64,000 bases of DNA from assembly GCA_002104905.1 (NCBI GenBank), contig MCFE01000194.1:62001-126000 (forward strand), written 5' to 3'. The notes under the pieces were generated by a model, which saw nothing but the letters and a program-made list of their open reading frames with translations, did not search any database and had not been told where the DNA came from. The stretch comes from Basidiobolus meristosporus CBS 931.73 (taxonomy: Eukaryota; Fungi; Basidiobolomycota). Numbering within the stretch: position 1 is the first letter of the stretch; each line of letters begins with the position of its first letter. Below are positions 53,882 to 64,000 of the stretch, piece after piece. The translations under genes and the position numbers were made by a program.

Positions 53882-54253
53882 CCCCGTCCCGGTCAGGAGA
53901 CGCGCGAGGATCAAGCGGCCTTGAGCGCCCCCTAGTTCTGTGACTAGTGGTCTGGATGCATGGACCAGATTGGATCATCCAGGAGTGCCTGTCAAATGGC
54001 CCACGCCGTGGTGTTGCATGCGAACATCCACCAAAATTCCGCCATCGCCCCTCTATGCTTCCGCACACCGATTGGGGGTAGGAGGGTGGTCGGGTGGTCT
54101 AACCAGCCGCAGCTGCAAATCCGAATGGGTTGGAACGGATGGCTTTATTGAGCGAACATAGGGAAAATATCACAGTAGATGATGATGCTCTTTCTGATTG
54201 TCACACCGTGGATTATGCTCTTTCTAATCTACTCTGCCCGGGAGGAGGGGCCC

Positions 54254-54979
54254 TCAGGACCTGAGGTAGGCCATGATGGCGGCTGGGATCGCGGCCAGCA
54301 TGACTGAGGCCGAGAGTTGGTTGGACCCGCTGGGGGCCTTGATCGGGGTAGCGCTCTTGGTAGGGGCGGAGTTAACGGCGCTCGAGGGGATACTGGAAGC
54401 AGACGCTTTACTGGTGGCTGCGCTGGTGGAGGCCGAGCTGGAGGGGCTGGATTTAGTGGACTGGGAGGAGGAAGAGGGGGTGGATGAGGTGCTCGCGGTG
54501 GAAGTCCCACTGGAGCTGGCGGGGGTTTGAGTGGAGTTGCCGCTGGGGACCGGAGAGGCCGATGCCCCGCCGCCCCCAGCAACGTTAAAGAAGTGGCTGT
54601 ACTTTACGTCGGGTCCGTTGCCTGCCCGGACGACGTAGTTCTGGCCGTTCTCCATGTTCGCCGGAACGGTCCATTCATATTTCCCATCGGCGCTGGAGAC
54701 CCCGGATGCGATGACCGTCTTGACCTGAAGCGCCTCGGGAGGGCCAGACATCAGGGCGATGTCAATCTTGGCGGGGGTGGCGGGCGGGGAGTCGTTCACC
54801 AACCTAAATACCATCAGTGACTGCGGCGCGATGGGGATGTTTCTGACGGCTACTTACCAGGTGATGGTGATCTTGTTACCGCTCTTCCACACAGTGCCAT
54901 CCACGGGCTGGGTGATGGAGTAGTCGGCCACCACGGATGCGGCTAACACGAAGATGCTGGCGAGGGACTTGGTGAACAT
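54254..54979 (-). CDS. Kre9/Knh1-like N-terminal domain, Ser/Thr-rich, GPI-anchored cell-surface protein (223 aa)
   Basis: Exons 54979-54858 and 54803-54254; 54-bp intron GTAAGT...CTGAT...TAG. Signal peptide MFTKSLASIFVLAASVVA; ITQPVDGTVWKSGNKITITW...YEWTVP...YSHFF domain; S/T stalk; hydrophobic C-terminus; TATATAA at ~55084-55078. Confidence 0.92.
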
Positions 54980-56077
54980 GCTGAGATTAGTTGGTTCTAT
55001 GAGGGGATTATGGAGAATGCTGGTTGGCTTCTATGCAGGATTATTGGGTGGGTTGGCATTGGAGAGAGGGCCGAGGTTATATAAGGAGGCCTGACGACTT
55101 CCGAATAATGGTGCTTTGTTCTCTACCCCCCCCCCTTTATGACGGACGCATAGAGTGCATTGTTGCAATTGTTCGCTTCATTGTGTATCGCCCTCCGATA
55201 ACCTTAAATCTCCCAGCGAGTAGTTTGGCTCAGGCAAGACTATTTGGCGAATGTCGAGTCTTACCTAATCGCACAGGGATAGTCAGGATCACCGGGATTT
55301 CTCCTAGATCTCCATCTACATTGTTGATGCTGATGGTGTGTTTGAGGATTTGCATTATTTACCAGAGGCCGGCCAATGACGATGATAGGATTGCTCCCTT
55401 CCGTCACCGATGGTTACCGTCCCTTCCCTTGGCGATGGCGATGGCGACGGGCGCTGGAAGTGGATCTGGTACCCAGCAAGAAAGATTGGGGTGGTGCTAA
55501 GCTGGACGGGCAGTAGTCTCGGAAGAAACCTTCCGCTACTCAGACTTGTCGTTGCAGTGTTTCGGCGGTGAAACAAGCTGCATGTTACTGCATCCCAATA
55601 CACCCACCTACCAAATCCATCCGAATGATCAGGGAGCGGCGAAATTTCCCTATGTACATTGGCTGGAATGGCCGTTGGAGCCTCGCACCCGCCCGTCTAG
55701 CCCTATCGTTGTCCACCCATCACCCGAGGGGTTTCATGCGAGATCGGCTGTTATTACGCAATAGAAATCCCTGCTCCCAGCTCCGCTTCCCCTCCCCCAC
55801 AGCTTCCTTGACTGTCTTCTCGGTTGGGAAGTAAAGGTAGCTTTCGTGAGGTCCGGTTTCTTTTGAGAGGAAGTCTGTGAAGTCGTGGCAGGGTCACTTC
55901 CGCTTTGTGTATGAATAGGTCGGCAGCCCCCCCCCTCGAAGACCATTTCCCTGAACACTCTAACACAACAACTCTCTCCACCCACCCACCACCCGGATGA
56001 ACGTGACGCAACGTAAACCTTTCCCCTTTCAACTAGTCGTCTGGATGTTAACTTACTCAAGAAGGTCGCTTAAAGCG

Positions 56078-56917
56078 ATGCTGGCCCTCCTCCTTGCCCC
56101 CTTTACCCTGCCGATATTTAAAACCACCTTCAGTCTGCTGGAGGCCGTGCATCGTACCTGGCTCGCGTGCGCGCTGAGCCTGGCCCACCCGCTACACTTC
56201 CTGCTCCAGTGTCTTTGGCAGTCCGCCTCGGACCCCTTGAAGGACGCCTATCGGATTTGGGCGAGAAAAGGGTTCGAGGCGTTGCTACCCCTGGCCACAT
56301 ATCCGGACCAGGAACTGGATCGAATCACACCTATGCCGCGGAGGGTGACCCCACCCAGGCGGTCCACATTTAGACGAGATACCAGCCAGCTCAGGGTGCA
56401 GCTGGTGCGGAACATGGAGGCAAAATGTTGGGGGATTGACCCGGTTGGGTTGGATGATTCTCTTGCGCACCGTCACTAACCCACGCTTTCTCCGTCTAGG
56501 GAGACGCAAGACGCTGTCCCAGTGGGCGAAAGAGGCATCCCTCTTGTTGGCGCACCCACCCAGTAGGCGTCGTTCCTGATGTCGCGGCCTGCCCTATTCG
56601 GCACTGTACTAACCATTGACCCACCTCTAGTGGACAGGAATATCCCACGCCGGTCGGCCGCCCCGCCCACTAGACTCGCCAAGCGAGAGGGACTACGGGC
56701 CATGAAGGAGACCAAGCGGGAGCTTCAGTGTCCCCCGCTGACTCTCCCACCAAGACTCCACCCACCGTGGATGTACATGCGCAGCCCGGCCCCCAGCACG
56801 CCCCGACACTCCTTCAGCACCACGTTGAGAAGCGGGAGCTCACTAACCAAATATCCACTCCGCCCGCCCAACGCGCCACCCACCTTCCCCACCCTGGTCT
56901 ATTTAACACCATCCTAA
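56078..56917 (+). CDS. Spliced orphan protein (~232 aa): hydrophobic N-terminus, basic central helix, Pro-rich tail
   Basis: Exons 56078-56426, 56500-56562 and 56631-56917 (699 nt, in frame). Introns of 73 bp (GTTGGG...CTAAC...TAG) and 68 bp (GTAGGC...CTAAC...TAG). Joined reading LRVQLVRNMEAK-W-RRKTLSQWAKEASLLLAHPP-M-DRNIP. The start codon and first donor are less certain. Confidence 0.65.
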
Positions 56918-57178
56918 ACGATGTTCGTCCCCCGAAGCCTCCTCCCCACATTCTGTATATTACGTTGGCTTTAATAATTATTCGATTGTACATCTTGGCC
57001 GAGATGGAAGCATGTGCGCGTGCTGTCTATTACATATACTACGGGTAGAACAAAAAGCGGGTGCGAGAAGGGGAGTGGAGGGTTGGGCGGGTAGACAATG
57101 GGGGAGGTATGGTGTATGGGATGATTCAAAATTCGGCCGATGACGACGGTTGCATCTGCTCGGGGGTCGTCCGCCCCC

Positions 57179-58749
57179 TCACTCCTCCATGGGCTCCGCC
57201 GAGAGCTGCTCGTAAGGAGCGGGGCGGATGGAGAAGGCGGTGGCCTGGCCGCTGAGGTCCCGCTGGGCGGGGTTCCCGCCGGTGGCGCCGTTGCTCACCC
57301 CGAACACCTTCAGCTTCTCGGCCCAATTCTCCGCACGGTCGACGCTGTCCTTGAAGATCCCCGCGATGCTGTTGAGCATCAGGAGACTCTCGGTGGCAAA
57401 GACCAGCACCCGCTGCGCGGATCCAGGGAGGTTGTTGCGCGGGCCATCGGAGGCGGGGGACATCAATGGGGAGCCCATCGGCGAAGGCGATGCGCTGTGT
57501 ACTGTGGCCTGAATAAAGTCCCTCGGTTAATGAACTGCATCCTGTTGGGTTAGATCACTCGCATGGAGCCTTACCAAACGTCCGGGCAGCGTCAGGATAA
57601 ACTCCCTGACATGCTTTCGGGCCTCTCCCGGTAGACACGATCCCGCGTATCTTCCCACCACATCCACCACCTTGCGCACCGTCTCGATCAGCTCGCGCTT
57701 GATGCTCGCCAGCGTGCTGGGGTTGTGCACGGTCAGCGCGGTGGATTCCGAGGAGTTCCCGTTAAGGCCGGCGATGTATTCCTTGAGCAACGAGATTTGC
57801 TGATCGATGTTCCCGGTGGCATATTGCAGCCACTGCAGACAGTACTTCAGCGCCCTCATACTCTCCTCGCTGAACGCGGCCGCTCCCGCCCCCGCCGCCG
57901 CGGACGCCTCCACAAGGTATTGCTCCCACCGGCTCCGCTGGACGCTGGCAGTGCTCACCTGGGTTAGGCTTTGTGATTGGCTGGGTGGGTCCGATGTGAT
58001 GTCTGGTTCCAAGAGGTTACTCTTCTCGCCCACAACAATAGTTTACCCATGGCCGGTGGCTTACCTGTTTCCTTCGCCGAAGAGACGTTCCTCTGGCGCA
58101 AACCAGAGGTTTCGTGTGCCATCACCTCCTCCCCATCTTGCCTCTTCAGGGAGGGGTATCTCTTCTCCAGGGAATCCAGTTGTCGACAGGCAAACTCGTC
58201 CAGCTGGCCGAGCTGTGGCTCGAGTTTGTTCAGCACTGGCATCCCTATGGTTTTCACCGCGGACTCTACTCTTTCCGCCCCATACTGTCCAGGAGAAAGG
58301 AGCGAAGGTCAGTTTGACAGCTAGTAACAGGCGTCTGGTTAACCCCCCCCCTCCACATACCTTGACGATTTTGCTGTTTGTCTTGCTCTGTTCGTAGAAA
58401 CGAAGGGCCGAGTTGACCAAGGGGATGTTGGACACTCGGGAGATGAAGGGTTGATTCAAGGTCTCCAGCTCCCCATCTACGTTGAAAAAACCGGTGAGAA
58501 TCCTAGGTCGCGGAGCAGACTCCTCGAAGTCGACTTACCTTGGGCACCATCGCCCAACGCCCTCATGGTGCCTAAGGCCTGCACGGCCTCCATCTCTTGC
58601 GACATGCGCTCAATGTCGGAGTCTTTCATATTGGAGACATCGCATAGCTGCTCGATAGACATAGGGGAGGGCAAGTCGTATTCAGGCCCGGTCTGGGCAA
58701 GCGAGTGGATCTCGCTGATTGGGGGTAGCGTCTGAGTATCGTTAGACAT
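57179..58749 (-). CDS. OPI1: Opi1-family transcriptional repressor with N-terminal perilipin PAT-like domain (~434 aa, 5 exons)
   Basis: Exons 58749-58539, 58476-58361, 58284-58065, 58002-57575 and 57508-57179 (1305 nt); introns 62, 76, 62 and 66 bp, all GT-AG. Opi1 blocks RSRWEQYLV, SEESMRALKYCLQWLQYA, IKRELIETVRKVVDVVGRYAGSCLPGEARKHVREFILTLP and AQRVLVFATESLLML. Confidence 0.92.
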
Positions 58750-58962
58750 GGTTGTCGCTCGTGCAGCGAGGGTGGTTTCGGTAACGAGGGTGAATAAGCC
58801 ACTGCAGGAAGGCTACTCTAACTCTAGGCGCTCGATGAGAAAGCGATAGAAAAGGCCGACTATCCCTGATCAAGGGCTACGATGTAAATATAAAATGTTC
58901 GAAGAAAAACAAAATCGGGGTGTTTGTGGTGTGTAACCTATATATGAACTCTGGTGTGGGTG

Positions 58963-59009
58963 GGTCAGTAGCTGGTCAGTAGCTGGTCAGTAGCTGGTCA
59001 GTAGCTGGT
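58963..59009. repeat. Perfect 11-bp tandem repeat (GGTCAGTAGCT)x4.3 in the OPI1 upstream region
   Basis: Four exact copies plus GGT, about 20 bp upstream of a TATATA on the OPI1 strand. Confidence 0.97.
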
Positions 59010-59075
59010 GTGCAACCTCCAATTGAACCTAGAAAATCCCATCGAAATCAAAAAGGAAACCTGAACATTACTCGC

Positions 59076-59535
59076 CTTCACATGATTCCCTCCCTCGCAT
59101 GACCAATAGTGGCTGGTCCAATGTGCGGATATTCCTATTGCCAGCGTAGTGCGGAAAGTCGTGGGAGCCCTTTTTTTCGACTTTCACGTGAATATCGCCC
59201 GCCCATCAGCCAATCATCAATTGACTCTTGGGCATTTCCTGTTGCTTCTTGCCGTTGATTACTATCACATGGAAGCCACCTTAATCCTCGTGTTCTCGAT
59301 TCCTAGGTGCCAAAACCATGGCGTTTTATTGCCCGCGTTTCGACCAAATGGGAGAAATATCCATTGGCTGGAGTGGATCTAGCACCAGGACACAACGTTT
59401 GTCGCAGATATGGGAATTCAGGGTTTAGAGTTTGTTACAGTGACAAGCCCACTGGTTTGTATTCGGTGATTCAATATGGATTGGGATTTGGTGCGGATTT
59501 GGTGAGATTCGGTGCGACCATTCCTTTTTCACATG
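59076..59535. promoter_or_regulatory. Three UAS-INO/ICRE-like bHLH sites and three CCAAT boxes in the divergent promoter
   Basis: CTTCACATG 59076-59084, CTTTCACGTG 59181-59190 and TTTTCACATG 59526-59535; CCAAT at ~59103, ~59117 and ~59210. Function is inferred from motif match only. Confidence 0.5.
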
Positions 59536-60105
59536 AATCCTTCCTTCTACCTGCTCTCGCTGTGGTGGTGGGCGCTACTGTGCTACTGCCAGCTGATAGT
59601 CCCTTCCTTTTCCCCACCGTTGCCTAGCAATCATTGCCAGCTGGGCTTGGAATTGGCCGTGGAAACGCTCCTGGACTCTGACTGCCTCCCGTTACGAAAG
59701 CTCAACCCCGTGTTTACCCGCTTGGCAAAAGACCCTGAGAGTGTGAACGCCACAGTGGTCTCTGCCTTTGATCTGGTTTGCCGCTTGCCTTCTTGCTCTG
59801 CTGACTCCTTGAGACGCTTCAAGGATACCATATACACCCGATGCCATTCCGATCTCGCGAATCCATTGATCGCCTCCTATCTTTGGGTTGCGGAGAACTT
59901 TCAGCCGCTGACGGAATGGGGCTGTGCCAACGGAGAGGGATGCTTGGTCAGGCTCCTTCTCACCTGGCTACTGAACGAGCGAAGTGTGCTACTCAACGAC
60001 TCCAATCCCAAGCTTTGCAAGAGATGTCGATCCACTTGGCTCGATATGGAGAAACGGTATCCGACTTTGAAAGCCACCTTTGTCAGCGAACTTCTGCAAT
60101 GCTGA
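59533..60105 (+). CDS. Secreted cysteine-rich helical protein (190 aa), intronless
   Basis: Signal peptide MNPSFYLLSLWWWALLCYC; 10 Cys in the mature part; no C-terminal hydrophobic anchor; CpG retained. Confidence 0.82.
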   Translation: MNPSFYLLSLWWWALLCYCQLIVPSFSPPLPSNHCQLGLELAVETLLDSDCLPLRKLNPVFTRLAKDPESVNATVVSAFDLVCRLPSCSADSLRRFKDTIYTRCHSDLANPLIASYLWVAENFQPLTEWGCANGEGCLVRLLLTWLLNERSVLLNDSNPKLCKRCRSTWLDMEKRYPTLKATFVSELLQC

Positions 60106-61118
60106 GGTTGGTTGGGAATGGTACCGATGTTTGCTGGTAGTTGTATCATTGCGCATTGCATTGCATGAAACTATCATAAACCGGAGATAACCAGAATCCG
60201 CTTAATTTGCTCAAGTAATCGATTTAATTCATCATCTCGCCTATTGTGTGCTCAAAGATAAATCTACTCTTTTTGACCACCTCATTGGTAGTCAAGATGC
60301 AATTTCAATCCTCGATTATGCATAACAAATGAACCGCAATATGCCGATCTACATAGGATATCATTCCGATCTATCAGGGTGAAGCATATGAGCCAACCTG
60401 CCCTGTTTCATCATTGATTGCAAATGGTTATATGCCTGCTGCACATGCCCTCGATTATACATTCTTTAGTTCAGTAACTTTGATGCTCCGCTTTACCTCT
60501 TTGCGAGATATATCCTTCAGGGTTTTCCCCATCTGGCTGTGAGCATTGCGCATGCCTGAAGAAAATATACTCCAGGGCTGTTTAGCTACTACAAAGCCTA
60601 GGTCAAAAAAGGATAAGAGGAGCAGGAATCTGTCTAGGAACATATATATTGCTGCACAATATGAAGTGATATTTTTCAAAGCTTGTTTTGTACAAAGATG
60701 GGTGCACACATGCTCTTGGGACCTTCCTAAACATATTCTATGTGCTTATTTTGCCAAGACCATGTTGAAGTATAAATGCCACTTTTACATACAATAAATG
60801 ATAAGTGAAAACCACATAATCTATTTGTTCTCCCAATCACTTCTAATATTGCCAAAACTCTTACAGCATGTTATGAGCCCTGAGCAGTCACTCTCTAGAA
60901 TATCTACTACTGCAATTACTGCAGTCTCCCCCTCTGCTGAGCAATAGGACAGATCAAACTGCTATGGCTGGAAGGTGAAGGTGAAGATGCTACTGCAGGA
61001 AGGAAGCTTTTGGGGTCTTGATTTGGGAGAAGAATGCCATCTTAAAGGTGTAGGGGAAGAAGTGAGAAAGTATTAGAAGAATGAACAAAGTGCCTTAATG
61101 TTAAAGACAAGTTGCTAG

Positions 61119-61466
61119 TGTTGCAATATTCTGAGGAGTATTGGAAGTGATGTGGAGCACTAGAGGATTTACATGTTATTCAACTGTAGGTATATTGATC
61201 AAAAGTATGGTGTTTATACTTTTGCTAAAGTAGAGCAAACAAACATATAGAGTTTGCTAAGGAAAATCCCAAGAATATGTGTGCAAAGTCTGGGGGCTTT
61301 TGGACAACTTTGAGAAAGATCATAATCTGGGTACCTGATAATTTGGGGAAAATATTTTAAGTAAATCCCAACAAGAAATTTGGTCTGGACAGAATGCTAA
61401 TCAAAGAATAAGATCTATGTGCCTAAGTTAACATGAATATCTAGGTGACAACTTAATAATACAACA
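61119..61466 (-). repeat. Solo Copia B-type LTR inserted in B gag
   Basis: 348 bp, TGTTG...CAACA, flanked by GCTAG and GCTAA; removal restores AAGTTGCTAATTCAATGCTC. Confidence 0.85.
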
Positions 61467-61826
61467 GCTAATTCAATGCTCAGCAGCAAAAACAGCAACA
61501 AATGCCTGCAAGACACTAGAAGACACCTGCCAGCCATGCTCTGCTGCTACAAGCATGAATCTTAGACAGAAACTCTTTACAACAAATAATCACACAGGAG
61601 AAGAAATAAAAAATCTAATCAACTGAATACCCTGCTGGTTGATCAGATGCAGTGAGTGCATGCACTAACCACTGATGAGGATGTGATGGTGCCATCCTGA
61701 ATAGCCTTACAGAAAAGCTGCAAGGTCTTGTAACAGTCCTAGAGTCAAGAGCCAAAGATTTGACTCTGTGTTATGGATGTCTCCTTGATGAGGAAAGAAG
61801 AAAATCAAATGTTAATATGAAGGAAG

Positions 61827-62175
61827 TGTTGTAAGAGTCTTGAAGATATTGTAAGTGATAGGGAGAACAAGTAGATTATGTTGTTTTCAATTAATGAATT
61901 ATTGAATGTAAAAGTAGCATATATACTTTCACATGGTCTTGGCATAACAAACATGTAGAATAGGTATAGGAAAGTCCCAAGAACATGTGTGCAAAGCTTT
62001 GGGCTGTTTGGACTACCTTAAGAATTTTCATGTTCTGGGTACCTGATATTTTGGTCAAAATATTCTAAGTAAATCCCAACCAGGAAATTGGTCAGTATAC
62101 TCTAGGATTTGAAGGTAACAATCTATATGACTAAGTTAGGTGGATATTCAGGTGGAATTGTAGATTATTACAACA
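61827..62175 (-). repeat. Solo Copia B LTR inserted in B gag
   Basis: 349 bp, TGTTGTAAGAGTC...TTACAACA; no clean TSD (GGAAG and CAAAG). Confidence 0.85.
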
Positions 62176-64000
62176 CAAAGAAGTAACTACTTTAATAAGC
62201 CTTGATAACCACTAAAGGAGGCACTGAAGACCCTTTAATGGTAACAGCAACCTGACTTGCAGCTACCTAAAATAGAAACAACAGACACCTGACCATTGTA
62301 TAAAAAAGAGAGATAATCAGCAGAAAAACCTGATTATCGAAATGCTGCAACCACTGATGATGGACTATTCATATCTGCACCAACAATGGCCACAAGCAAG
62401 GATTCTCAGAAGTGGTATAACAACTGTGGAGCAGCTCAACACCTTACACACCAATAAGAGCTCTTTACCAAATATCAAGAGATTCTACTCAAGAAGGTCT
62501 CATGAGATGCATCAAAATACTTGATGCAGCTGAACAGACAAATATCCAAGTCAGTACTTGATGTAGTGAAGGAAGCCACAAACCTACCTGTAAAGCAGTA
62601 CGCTATATACCAGAAATAGCCAGGAACTTAACATTTGTAATCAAGGCCATGGCAGAAGGTCTCAGAATCAGTTTTGACAATTCTAGATGCAAAATCACTG
62701 ATCAAGTTGGCTCTCATATTACTTTGGGCAGCAGTGACCAGAATCCATATAAGATGACATGTATTCCACCATATCTGGAAGCCAATAAACATATGTAAAT
62801 GAAGAAACTCCAATGCTTTGGTACAGGAGATTTGTACACATCAAATTTGATTATTTGGGCAAAGTGATCAAAGATCAGCTAATCTCCTGTGTAAAAATGG
62901 ATCCCCCAGATAACACAAAACACTGTAAAGCCTACTCTGGGCTGATCAATACCAAGAAAAGCTTAGAACTAACCCACCGTGATCAGGGTTGAGTATTCAA
63001 TGTTTATCCACAGGCACAATCAAGTATTTGATCACATTTATGGCAATTACAAAAGATACAGGTGGGTCTACTTCATTGAAACAAAGGACAAGTCTATGTC
63101 TAAGCTTAGTCATTTCAAGGCCCTGGAAAGAGAGAAACTGGTGAGAGAATCAAGAAAAATGCTCTGACAATGATGGAGTAGATACCTCAAAACTCTTCAC
63201 CCACTTATGGAAAATTCATGGGATAAAGCAAGAGACTGCTGCATTATGCTCCCCACAGCAAAATGGAGTGTCAGAATGTGTAACAATATAGATCAAGTGC
63301 AGAGCACCCAAGAATACATGGATACATAGCAAATGCCAAGAAACTGCCTAGAAATCTGTCATAGTGCAAGCCAAAGAGTAAAGAGTACATATTCTTGGGC
63401 TACTACAATGAGAGTAAGACAGCAGACTGCACAGCACCAAAGCAAAGAAGCTGATCAAGTCCAGGGATGTGCTGTTTGATGAAAATTCAAACTCTCACAA
63501 AATTCAACCAATTTTGAACTCTGAAAACTGACTGTCTTTATTTAAAGTAAGTGTTTACTTTTTATAGTTATTAGTTTGAAACACTATCTTGTGGGTTTGC
63601 GTAGGATTGTAGTATGATTTCCAATCACTTGTATCTTGGACACTAGTTGAGCTCTGTCTTTGAAACTCTGTAACACTAAGGTTTAGTCACTTGGCTATAT
63701 ATGGCGTAAATGTCATGTTGCAGGTCCTAGTGGTTTTTTAGTAAATGAAGTGTTTGTTAATAGTTTAGTTATGTCACAAGTAGTGACAGTTTGCTTCTGA
63801 AACTTGGTACATATCTTTGAGATTGGTGATGCTGCATTGCTGCCAAGTTTCTGAACTGTACATTTATGGGTTCTTCTTCACATGGGCTGTTTCTACAGTA
63901 GTATATTTTTATCTTGTAACATACCTTCCCACCTAATGGGTTTCTTCTCCTGAAGAAGCTTGTTGGACTTCATATCCACCAGAATTGCTTGTTAGTTTGC

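Larger units (their letters stand above)
51450..60550. other. CpG-rich, GC-rich gene island
   Basis: CpG is abundant in all contexts here but nearly absent outside; contains all five genes and no recognisable TE. Confidence 0.9.
60703..63500 (+). mobile_element. Decayed Copia family B element (partial 5' LTR 60703-60868, PBS TGTTATGAGCCC, gag-PR-IN) carrying two solo LTRs
   Basis: Reverse-complement colinear with ~41.2-43.6 kb; truncated after the integrase. Confidence 0.85.

Noticed and set aside
55024-55990. Several 70-160 aa ORFs between the Kre9-like and orphan genes
   Set aside because: No codon bias, domains or splice signals; most likely divergent promoter DNA.
57542-57574. 33-bp alternative OPI1 intron 4 (CTAAC...CAG)
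   Set aside because: It gives an immediate stop (DAVH*) and loses the conserved C-terminal block; the 66-bp intron keeps the frame. A minor truncated isoform is not excluded.
58963-59009. CRISPR-like array
   Set aside because: Direct tandem units without spacers, in a eukaryotic context.

Overview
Eukaryotic DNA, most likely from a fungus of early-diverging (zygomycete) grade; the taxon is inferred from gene content and 54-76 bp introns. About 55 kb (1-~51.4 kb and ~60.6-64 kb) is nested, decayed transposons: a chromovirus Ty3/Gypsy, a second Gypsy family, at least three Ty1/Copia families (nine LTR copies of one of them), Tnp2/CACTA-like relics, probable hAT and DIRS-like relics, and two copies of a long foldback element. 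CpG is almost absent from this part. It surrounds a sharply bounded, CpG-rich island of about 9 kb (~51.45-60.55 kb) with five genes: a 7TM-RGS protein, a Kre9/Knh1-like GPI protein, a spliced orphan gene missed by the ORF track, a 5-exon OPI1 homologue, and a divergent secreted Cys-rich protein. Most notable: (1) the Opi1 homologue carries a recognisable perilipin PAT-like domain, lacks an FFAT motif, and has three UAS-INO/ICRE-like sites upstream; (2) an unclassified ~730-bp foldback element with 347-bp arms and AAT target duplications; (3) the few CpGs surviving in the repeats are strongly biased to CCG/CGG context. All alignments, counts and splice models were done by eye, with no database search, and reference motifs are recalled from memory.
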